Assembly (NCBI GenBank): GCA_002698305.1
Contig: NZWR01000003.1
Coordinates: 10,794-74,793 of the forward strand
DNA length: 64,000 nt
Direction: 5' to 3'
Origin: Candidatus Campbellbacteria bacterium
GTDB taxonomy: Bacteria; Patescibacteriota; Minisyncoccia; Phycocordibacterales; UBA1006
The position numbers and the translations under genes were made by a program. This document shows positions 16,956 to 24,982 of this stretch, one piece after another. The stretch's first letter is position 1, and every line of letters starts with the position of its first letter. The notes beneath the pieces are model-generated. The model saw nothing but the letters and a program-made list of their open reading frames with translations, did no database searches and had not been told where the DNA came from.

Positions 16956-18314
16956 TTACACATCCAAAACAGCTTTAATTTGTTCTATTTCCTGAACAAG
17001 ATTAGGATCTTTTACTAAATTTTCTTTGACGCGTTCGTATGAATGAATAACGGTGGTGTGGTCTCTCCCACCTACCTCTCTCCCAATTGCTGGGTATGAG
17101 ATATTGAAATATTCACGAAGGATATACATGGCTATTTGCCGCACATATACAATTTCTTTTTTACGCGTTTTATCATAAATTTTTTCAGGTTCTATAGAGT
17201 AGAAGCCAGCAACAATTTTTATAATTTCATCCAAAGCGAGGTGTTTCTTGGGTTTAATATTGTTTTTAACAAGAGACTTAACCTCTGTGACTGTAAGTTT
17301 CCTGTCTCTGAGTTCTGATTGTATTCCTATTGCGTTGAGCACTCCTTCAAGCTCTCTAATATTTCCTTCCATACTGTGAGCTATAAACTCACACACATCG
17401 TCACTAAGATCAATATCTCCTTGTAATGCTTTGGTTTTAATAAGAGCAGAGCGCGATTCATAGTTTGGCTTGGTTATATCAACAATCATTCCAGCCGAGA
17501 ATCTCGACCTGAGCCTATCCTCTAGTCCAATTATATAATTAGGGTGCTTATCAGAAGAGAAGATAATTTGCTTACCGTTGTCATATAAAATATTAAACAA
17601 GTGAAATAATTCTTCTTGCAACTTCTCTTTCCCTGAAAAGAATTGAATATCGTCCATAATAAGGACATCATATGAACGGTATTTTTTCTTGAAAGAGTTA
17701 ATGGTGTTATTTTTCAGTGCGTTTACATAATCTTGAGAGAATTTCTCAGAGCTTGTGTAGAAAATATTAGTGTGAGGGTTCTCTTTTTGAATTTTGTTAC
17801 CTGTGGCTTGAATAAGGTGGGTCTTCCCGAGTCCTGTTGATCCGTAGATAAACAAAGGGTTATATACCCCAGGCTTCTTTATAATAGCCTGACTCGCTGA
17901 ATACGCTAATTCATTAAAGGGACCAACAACAAAAGAGTTAAATGAATACTTCTCGTTGAGGTGCGAGTTCCTATCAACAGATTTCTTGGCAAGAGGAAGC
18001 GCTTGCTCACTCCGCTCTTTTGCTGTGCTAGACTCCTCTGTTTTACTTTCTTGTTTGGGGGATTTATTTTTTGAAACAATGAATTCAACTGATTTTATCG
18101 AGGGGTCAAATGATCTTAGTTTTTCAAGAATCATGTCGCTGAACTTAGTGTAAAGCCATTCTTTGTTAAATTCATTAGGTACTCCTACTTTATACACCTC
18201 ATTTTCGTGTGAATATGGAAAGGTCTTTTTAAACCAGGTGTTGTAGTTTGGGCGTGATATTTCAAGCTCTATTTGAGCTAGTGTTTTTTTCCAGAGGGTT
18301 TCTTTGGTGTTCAT
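16956..18314 (-). CDS. dnaA: chromosomal replication initiator DnaA
   Basis: Walker A GSTGLGKTHL, DDIQFFSGKE, box VII RSRF, C-terminal DNA-binding HTTVIHSYERV. Start at ATG 18314 (MNTKETLW), 6 nt downstream of a -10-like ATAACT. Confidence 0.95.
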   Translation of the reverse strand: MNTKETLWKKTLAQIELEISRPNYNTWFKKTFPYSHENEVYKVGVPNEFNKEWLYTKFSDMILEKLRSFDPSIKSVEFIVSKNKSPKQESKTEESSTAKERSEQALPLAKKSVDRNSHLNEKYSFNSFVVGPFNELAYSASQAIIKKPGVYNPLFIYGSTGLGKTHLIQATGNKIQKENPHTNIFYTSSEKFSQDYVNALKNNTINSFKKKYRSYDVLIMDDIQFFSGKEKLQEELFHLFNILYDNGKQIIFSSDKHPNYIIGLEDRLRSRFSAGMIVDITKPNYESRSALIKTKALQGDIDLSDDVCEFIAHSMEGNIRELEGVLNAIGIQSELRDRKLTVTEVKSLVKNNIKPKKHLALDEIIKIVAGFYSIEPEKIYDKTRKKEIVYVRQIAMYILREYFNISYPAIGREVGGRDHTTVIHSYERVKENLVKDPNLVQEIEQIKAVLDV

Positions 18315-18496
18315 AGTAGCAGTTATATACAGCATTATAGTATGTTGTGGAAAAAAAGAAAATCTGTGAATAACTATGTTTTTCTGTTAATAAGTATCTC
18401 TAATAACTTTTTGTAAAATAAAAAAGTTCCTATTGAGTTTTTTTTAATAGTGTACTAATATGTGAGTCATTATCTTATTAATCTAATTAACATTGT
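18315..18496. other. dnaA-rpmH divergent intergenic region, candidate oriC / dnaA promoter region
   Basis: Two one-mismatch DnaA boxes in the same orientation, TGTGGAAAA (18346-18354) and TGTGAATAA (18365-18373), followed by very AT-rich sequence. Confidence 0.45.
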
Positions 18497-18643
18497 ATGG
18501 CAGCGAAATCACAAACACTTCGAAAGCGAAAAAATCGAAAAATGAAAAAGGTTCATGGATTTTTAGCACGAATGAAGACAGCTGGTGGACGAAAGACACT
18601 CTTGACAAGACGACGTAAGGGTCGATCAAAACTTTCTGTATAA
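18497..18643 (+). CDS. rpmH: 50S ribosomal protein L34
   Basis: Own translation, below the ORF-track cutoff: [54 protein letters not shown]....GR..L..RR.KGR..L is the L34 signature. Confidence 0.9.
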   Translation: MAAKSQTLRKRKNRKMKKVHGFLARMKTAGGRKTLLTRRRKGRSKLSV

Positions 18644-18686
18644 ATAAACACCTGTTACAGGTTTTTTTATTTGCTACACTTTGAGT

Positions 18687-19001
18687 ATGTTCCCTAAAAG
18701 ACATCGACTTAACTCAACTCAGTATGAACTAGTACGGAAAAAAGGAAAAAAGATTTATAACTCCTATTTTCGTGGCCATGTTGTTTATAATGCTGACGAT
18801 AGCAGGTTTGCGGTACTTGTTCCTAAGAAAATTGCTAAAAAAAGATGGAAACGCAACACATTGAAACGCCAGATAAGCCATATACTTAAAGAGCAAATAA
18901 AACATGAAAATATTCACCTGCTTGTGGTTGTGAACAAAGCTATTGATAGCAAAGATGATTTACCCTCCCATATTTCAGATTTCCTTAAAATAATAAACTA
19001 G
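18687..19001 (+). CDS. rnpA: RNase P protein component
   Basis: Follows rpmH. MFPKRHRLNSTQYELVRKKGKK.. is the basic RnpA pattern. TGcTACACT lies 6 nt upstream of ATG 18687. Confidence 0.8.
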   Translation: MFPKRHRLNSTQYELVRKKGKKIYNSYFRGHVVYNADDSRFAVLVPKKIAKKRWKRNTLKRQISHILKEQIKHENIHLLVVVNKAIDSKDDLPSHISDFLKIIN

Positions 19002-19032
19002 TATTGTTGGTTGTTTCTGTTACACTTTTTTT

Positions 19033-19797
19033 ATGATTTATTTATGGAATCTTATTTTTTATAAACCACTTTATAATGCTTTGTTTGGGCTTGTGGAAGT
19101 AGTACCAAATAACTCACTCTTTATTGCGGTTATTATGCTCACGTTGATTGTGCGTATTATTATTTCACCCTTGTCATATAAAGCACTGAAGACCCAGTTA
19201 AAAACAAAAGCTATTCAGCCAGAGTTACGGGCTGTTAAGAAAGAAACTGAGGATAAACAAGAGCAAGCAAAAAAAACCTTGGAAATTTACAAAAAACATG
19301 GGGTTAACCCATTTTCAAGCTTCTTGCTTCTCTTGGTCCAGTTTCCAATTATTATTGCTCTCTATTGGGTGTTTAGGGATGGCGGGCTTGAGGTTGATCC
19401 AGAGCTTCTCTATTATTTTGTTAAAATCCCAGGAGATATTATGCGGGAAAGCCTCGGTATCGATCTTGCAGGTAAAAGCTACATTCTCGCGCTCTTAGCA
19501 GGGTTGACCCAGTATATTCACCTATCTCGTTCTCAGAGTTTTAAAAATCAAACGGCGGATGATGAAAACGCAAGTGAACAGGAAAAGATGATGGCAAAAG
19601 TAGGCTCATCAATGAAATATTTTATGCCAATTATGATTACGGTGTTCGCGTATATTATTGGGGCTGCCGTTGCTTTGTACTGGGTAACATCAAATATTTT
19701 TATGATTATCCAAGAACACTTTATCTACAAGAAGATTAATTCTCAAAAAGATTCTGATGATGGGGTTATTGACGTTCCTTTTGAAAAAACAAGTTAA
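19033..19797 (+). CDS. yidC: membrane protein insertase YidC (short Oxa1-like form)
   Basis: PLSYKALKTQLKTKAIQPELRAVKKE...KHGVNPFSSFLLLLVQFPIIIALYWV. Sits in the conserved rnpA-yidC-jag order. Confidence 0.9.
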   Translation: MIYLWNLIFYKPLYNALFGLVEVVPNNSLFIAVIMLTLIVRIIISPLSYKALKTQLKTKAIQPELRAVKKETEDKQEQAKKTLEIYKKHGVNPFSSFLLLLVQFPIIIALYWVFRDGGLEVDPELLYYFVKIPGDIMRESLGIDLAGKSYILALLAGLTQYIHLSRSQSFKNQTADDENASEQEKMMAKVGSSMKYFMPIMITVFAYIIGAAVALYWVTSNIFMIIQEHFIYKKINSQKDSDDGVIDVPFEKTS

Positions 19798-19843
19798 TGC
19801 TTGTTTTTTATTTGTCACCAAACCCCTGTGCTATAATTGAGAT

Positions 19844-20305
19844 ATGAATCAGGCTGAGATAAACAAGACGATACATACTTTTTTCAGTGCTATGAATCTT
19901 GATACGAAAGAGATTTCATTAATACATGATAATGACTTTAACCATCTTGTTGTAAGTTTGAGAATATCAGGCTCGTTGGAAGAAAGCTTATATGAAATAT
20001 CAACCCTTATACATCGAGATATTGCCCGTATCTTGTCTGAGTTTTTAAAAAAACAACACCATTACCATAAAGATATCGTTGTTGATATTAATAATCAGCA
20101 AATCAAAGCAATTAACCACATAAAATCAATGGCTGAAATTGTAGTTGAACGTGTCCTTTTTTTTGATAAAACATACGAATTTGGATACCTTAATGCTTAT
20201 GAGCGAATGCTTATTCACTCATACTTAAAAAATACAAAAGGCATAGAAACTGAATCGACAGGTGAAGGGAGAGAGCGAAGGCTTTCAATAAAAAAACATT
20301 CTTAA
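19844..20305 (+). CDS. jag: Jag/KhpB-like R3H RNA-binding protein (reduced)
   Basis: C-terminal R3H-type YERMLIHSYLKN..ESTGEGRERRLSIK. Position after yidC. TGcTATAAT lies 6 nt upstream of the ATG. Confidence 0.75.
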   Translation: MNQAEINKTIHTFFSAMNLDTKEISLIHDNDFNHLVVSLRISGSLEESLYEISTLIHRDIARILSEFLKKQHHYHKDIVVDINNQQIKAINHIKSMAEIVVERVLFFDKTYEFGYLNAYERMLIHSYLKNTKGIETESTGEGRERRLSIKKHS

Positions 20306-20307
20306 TA

Positions 20308-21270
20308 TTAAGATTGTTTTTTTATAAAAGTATATACTTTTCCGCTCTGTTGTATATGAGCATGGTGGCAATTACTGTCGTAGATAAAGTGAAAATCATT
20401 ACTCATATCAAAACCTTCTTCTTTTGGGGTAAACAAACCAGAACAGTCCCGCTGCCCCTGCTCATTATATCTAGTAATGATATACGTATTTCCACTTTCT
20501 TTTTCAATATTAAACTGAGCACTGCTCCCGGTACCTCGAAGTAATTGAGTGTTTTTAACGCGAACAATTTCTTTTTCTGTCGTGTGTTTTTTTCTATGTA
20601 GGAACGTAAATAGGTTTTTTCTCCGAGATATTTTTTCTGTTATCTGGATCCCATTCTCGTCTATTGTGTAAATTTTTCCTGAACTTGTTCCTTTTCGGAT
20701 GATACCAAGAGGGCTTGGTGTGATGGTGAGTGTTTTTTCAATTCCTCTGCGTATCTTTTTATTTGTTGTTCCGTGTAGTAGGGTTTCTGCTACAAAGCGA
20801 GCACAGTTACTCCCATTTTTTACAAAGACACCATATTCAACACTTCCTTTGTTATGGAGATTTTCGATATATTGACGTGCTTTTTGGGAATTAATATTTT
20901 GTGAAACAGTTGCTACAAGCTTTCCGTCACCATGAGTTTTTTCTGGGTGATTATAGAGCCATTGAAGAATCTCTTTTATGTTGGTAATAACACCTTTTTC
21001 TATGTGTGCTCGTAGGGGCACGTGAAGTTCGGTATCCGTCTTTTTACTCCGCACTCTTCCTTTTCCTTGGGGAGTAATATAGCGACCAAAATCAAAGTAA
21101 TCAACATTACCGGTTGTATGATTAACAAGACACAGGGCTGCATGACCAGCCTTAATAGCATCTTTTGTTCCTACCCCTAGGTAGGGGAGAATTTTACAAA
21201 TATATTCCGTTGAGGGCCGCACAAAAACATCTGGGTAGGCCATAAGGATAAGTGACGCGTCGTTTTTCAT
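20308..21270 (-). CDS. hypothetical protein with LRAT/NlpC-P60-like His...NCxxF motif
   Basis: 320 aa. KAGHAALCLV and GSNCARFVAE resemble the His/Cys pair of papain-like LRAT/NlpC hydrolases. By eye only. Confidence 0.55.
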   Translation of the reverse strand: MKNDASLILMAYPDVFVRPSTEYICKILPYLGVGTKDAIKAGHAALCLVNHTTGNVDYFDFGRYITPQGKGRVRSKKTDTELHVPLRAHIEKGVITNIKEILQWLYNHPEKTHGDGKLVATVSQNINSQKARQYIENLHNKGSVEYGVFVKNGSNCARFVAETLLHGTTNKKIRRGIEKTLTITPSPLGIIRKGTSSGKIYTIDENGIQITEKISRRKNLFTFLHRKKHTTEKEIVRVKNTQLLRGTGSSAQFNIEKESGNTYIITRYNEQGQRDCSGLFTPKEEGFDMSNDFHFIYDSNCHHAHIQQSGKVYTFIKKQS

Positions 21271-21331
21271 GTTGATATTGTACGTGTTTTAAGTATTCCT
21301 TCAAACTAAAAAGCAGCAATAATGCTCCTTG

Positions 21332-23176
21332 TTAGTTTACAAACTGATTTGTGTCTTTGTTCTTTAGTTCCTCTTTTGCTTTTTTAATCGACAGAACTTG
21401 AGCAGGATCAGAGGTGATAATTTGGTCTTCGGTATATGAGGCGATAATTTTAATTGCAACATGTTTCAGTCCCGCAAAGAAGATTCCTTCTCCAACATTT
21501 GATTCAATTAATAAATACTTCTCTTCATCAGTAAGTCTGAAAATCTCCTGAAGGTTATCGATAGCACTTGGCGATTGTTTTAAGAGTAATTGCATCGATG
21601 AGTTGGTGATAATAGGAACACCGTAACGTGACTTGATAAAGTCACCGACGTCCTGAGTAATAGTTGCAAGCCCAAGGAAGTATTTACGTCCACGCTTAGC
21701 AATCATAAACAAGAATGATGCGGTATCATCTGATTTCATCATCCACCACGCCTCATCCACCACAAGGAGACGTTTCTTAATATCTTTACGGACAGCATTC
21801 CAAATAAACTGCGTGATGATATACATCGCTGCAGGCTTCAGCTCATCCTCCATATCTCGGATAGAGAATACAACAAGCTTTCTGTTAATATCCACGTTTG
21901 AAGGTTTGTTAATAAACCCAGACCAGGTTCCTCGCGTATATTTTGTTAGTCGTGTTAACAAAGATTCACTTCCTTCCATTGAAGAAAGCACCATTTCAAA
22001 GTCTGACATCAAGGGCGGCTCAATGTCTGAGTAATCGCTGTTAGGGGTGATATCTTTCAAGGCATAGGTTTCAGTAATAGCCCTATCAACCACTGAATCT
22101 TCTTCTGGTGTTAGACCTCCAAGCATGATCCTAAAGAGCCCTACGAGGTGAATAATATGGGTCCTAAGAACATCTGCTGGATCCTCGTCATCGAGCGGCT
22201 TTGGTACATCAAAAGGGTTGATGTGGTGCTCGGAAGAGAGGGAGATGTTAAAGTATCGTCCTCCTACGGCCTCGGCAAGGTATTCATATTCACGTTCAGG
22301 GTCAATAACGATAACTTCGGTATCAAACATCATTGTTCGCAGAATCTCAAGCTTTGTAGCATATGATTTTCCGGCTCCAGAAGTCGCAAAGATTACTGAG
22401 TTGTAGTTTGGTAGTGAATAGCGATCAAAAATAACGAGCCCTGAGTTGTGGCGGTTAATTCCGTACAAAATTCCTTTGTTGTCAGTGAGTTCTGATGAGA
22501 TAAAAGGGAAAAATGATGAAACGGGTCCGGTATTCAGTTTAGTGTGCACCTGTAACTGGTCGTTCCCAACAGGGGCAACTGACATAAACCCTTCAACTTG
22601 CTGGAAGAGTGCTGGTTTTAGATAGATAAGCTTTGATTCTAAGAGTGACCTAATTTCATTCTCAGTTTTAAAGAGCTCGTCTTCATCATCAGCATAAATA
22701 GTGATATAGAGACCAACAGAAAAGATTTTTTCCTGAGCTTGTTGCAGGGAGTCACGAAGTTGTTCAAGGTCACGATACGCAGTATCAAGGATTGGATCGC
22801 GAACGAGCCCTTTTGATTCTCGGGTGCTAATCTGTGACTGCACTTCGGCAACCTTTTTTTTGAATTGACTCAGAATTTTTTCAGTAGCAATAGGATGAAT
22901 ATGAATTCCAATATCAAAAACCTTATCAAGGTTAACGATTGGGGCGAGCCACCCGTCAGTAAGGTACCGAGGGTATGACATTACAAAAAAGGTTCGTGAT
23001 GTCTTGCCAGCGATACGGATAGATTTAGAGCTGACTTCAAGGGCTGCAGGAGCAAGAATATCTTGAAGCTGCAATTTCGCCGATTGATAAATTTCTCCTG
23101 GAAGCACAGGAACAGCAGTTGTTTTGATTTCTTCTTTTGGTTTAGAATTACCTAAAAGATCAGATAGTAGTGACAT
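21332..23176 (-). CDS. virB4: VirB4/TraC-type type IV secretion ATPase
   Basis: Walker A FATSGAGKSYATK, Walker B LLVVDEAWWMM, downstream GLATITQD. Start moved to ATG 23176 (MSLLSDLL), with TGGTATACT 6 nt upstream. Confidence 0.85.
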   Translation of the reverse strand: MSLLSDLLGNSKPKEEIKTTAVPVLPGEIYQSAKLQLQDILAPAALEVSSKSIRIAGKTSRTFFVMSYPRYLTDGWLAPIVNLDKVFDIGIHIHPIATEKILSQFKKKVAEVQSQISTRESKGLVRDPILDTAYRDLEQLRDSLQQAQEKIFSVGLYITIYADDEDELFKTENEIRSLLESKLIYLKPALFQQVEGFMSVAPVGNDQLQVHTKLNTGPVSSFFPFISSELTDNKGILYGINRHNSGLVIFDRYSLPNYNSVIFATSGAGKSYATKLEILRTMMFDTEVIVIDPEREYEYLAEAVGGRYFNISLSSEHHINPFDVPKPLDDEDPADVLRTHIIHLVGLFRIMLGGLTPEEDSVVDRAITETYALKDITPNSDYSDIEPPLMSDFEMVLSSMEGSESLLTRLTKYTRGTWSGFINKPSNVDINRKLVVFSIRDMEDELKPAAMYIITQFIWNAVRKDIKKRLLVVDEAWWMMKSDDTASFLFMIAKRGRKYFLGLATITQDVGDFIKSRYGVPIITNSSMQLLLKQSPSAIDNLQEIFRLTDEEKYLLIESNVGEGIFFAGLKHVAIKIIASYTEDQIITSDPAQVLSIKKAKEELKNKDTNQFVN

Positions 23177-23244
23177 GACACTAGTATACCAAGTACCTGC
23201 ATTAAAATAAAACACAAAATCAATGGTCTATAGTGTGGAATTAT

Positions 23245-23266
23245 AAAAAACACTCTAAAGAGTGTT
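23245..23266 (-). terminator. terminator after the 550-aa gene
   Basis: AACACTCT..AGAGTGTT hairpin followed by a T-run on the minus strand. Confidence 0.65.
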
Positions 23267-24919
23267 TTAAACGCTGCTTAGTCTAAGGCTCCAAAGATGT
23301 TCAGTTTCTTTGTCTAGGAAATAGAGGTAATCATCATCCTCATCGATCATAATTTTTTCAATATCTATTCCAGGCGCATAAACATCAGTGATATTGAATT
23401 CATATGTTTCTTCAAAGTTTGGAATACTTATTTTCCAAATACCATCGTTATAGAGTTCTTTTCCAAGATACCAGCTATCAGGATACTCCCCTTCAAAGGC
23501 AAGCGAATTTGGAACACCACAATAAACTTCATTACCGTCTTTAGACCATACGCATTTATCTGCAAAGGTTTGAAGTGTTAGTAGATGTTCGGTGTTATTG
23601 ATTCGATCTCGAATAAAGGTTTCGACCCCATCCCCTGTACTACGGCTTCCTATTGCATATTCTCCGCTTGGACTCACAAGCAGTGTTAACCCGACCGTTG
23701 CATCGGTCTTTTTAAAGTATCTTCCTGTGTCAGGTGTCAGCTCGTAACTATATCCTGAGGCTCCGTAACTTGGCTTGGTGACAAGTTCAATACTATTCTC
23801 ACTGGTGAATTGAGACAGCCATTCTGAGAATGGAGATTGAAAAATAATGGTTGGCTCGTCTGTTTCAAGATTGCGCAGTGTTCCTTGCGAACCATTTTCA
23901 TTTGATACCAAGTAAAACATTTGCTCTGGTAGATTTGGACTCATGCTGATGCTTGCAATATCCTGTGATAGGAATGAACCAGTCAAGGTATATTTTTCAT
24001 CAAGATTGTTATACACCTCAATAGCAGCTTGACGTTGCTGCTCGTCGCAGACCTCAAGCATTTGTTCTTTCGTTGCGTCGCCAATCTGCCCATCAATCTC
24101 TAGCTGATACAGTGATTGAAAGTTTTTAATAGCGGTACGTGTTTCTTCGGTAACCGCTGAGCCCTCATTTCCTGGTGAGTTGGTACCTTCTTGTGAGACA
24201 CGCGTTTGAGGTGATCGGTTCAGGAAGCTGTGAATACCAATAACATCAATATCATCTTCACCGTCTTCAAGAGCTCTAAATTCAAATGGGCATGGTTTAA
24301 TGTCTAGCTCAATAGGTCTGAGTTCTCCAAGATAGGTTTCTGCAGTATGGTCATCACTATTCCAGTACTGGAAGGCCGCATAGGTTCCTGTAGGGCTGAA
24401 ATAGACGTGTTCCGCGTTAGGTACATAGTTGTTAACCAATTTTGTTTCGGTCAGCTCAAAATCAGTTACTGCAGATTCATAGACCGTTCCATCTGAAATA
24501 GCGGTATAGCGAATATAATCATTCTCTACCGGAACTTTCTTTAGAACCTGAACACTTTCACCATCTTCGTCTATTTCAATATCAAGAATCTCTTGCTCCT
24601 CAACCTTGGTAAGTGGAACAAACCCTCCAGTTGGAAATGTAGAGACTTTTCGTAGGCGTGGGACGTTTTGATCCGGGTCAATACCGTCATCGATAATTTC
24701 ATCAGTCTCTATTGGCTCACCGTCATCACCAATAGTGAACTGACCTCCAGAGCTGCTTTGACCACTGTCAGATACTTCTCCAAACGGGAAGAGGTTTCGA
24801 GTATTCTGCCCAACATCATCTCTTCCTGAATCATCAAGAATGAAAAAATACCAAATTCCCCCAAGAACCAGAGCAAGAATTAGCAGCACAATAAAAATTT
24901 TTACTATTTTTTTGAGCAT
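23267..24919 (-). CDS. N-terminally anchored extracytoplasmic protein with a peptidoglycan-binding-like segment and probable beta-propeller region
   Basis: TM IVKIFIVLLILALVLGGIWYFFIL. TRTAIKNFQSLYQLEIDGQIGDATKEQML resembles the PG_binding_1 motif. The remainder is repetitive beta-rich (TolB-like impression). Confidence 0.6.
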   Translation of the reverse strand: MLKKIVKIFIVLLILALVLGGIWYFFILDDSGRDDVGQNTRNLFPFGEVSDSGQSSSGGQFTIGDDGEPIETDEIIDDGIDPDQNVPRLRKVSTFPTGGFVPLTKVEEQEILDIEIDEDGESVQVLKKVPVENDYIRYTAISDGTVYESAVTDFELTETKLVNNYVPNAEHVYFSPTGTYAAFQYWNSDDHTAETYLGELRPIELDIKPCPFEFRALEDGEDDIDVIGIHSFLNRSPQTRVSQEGTNSPGNEGSAVTEETRTAIKNFQSLYQLEIDGQIGDATKEQMLEVCDEQQRQAAIEVYNNLDEKYTLTGSFLSQDIASISMSPNLPEQMFYLVSNENGSQGTLRNLETDEPTIIFQSPFSEWLSQFTSENSIELVTKPSYGASGYSYELTPDTGRYFKKTDATVGLTLLVSPSGEYAIGSRSTGDGVETFIRDRINNTEHLLTLQTFADKCVWSKDGNEVYCGVPNSLAFEGEYPDSWYLGKELYNDGIWKISIPNFEETYEFNITDVYAPGIDIEKIMIDEDDDYLYFLDKETEHLWSLRLSSV

Positions 24920-24982
24920 AGTAGTACCTGTAGTATATCACGATGGAATTTTTGAGGAAAAAGAAAAACCGCATTCGCGATC

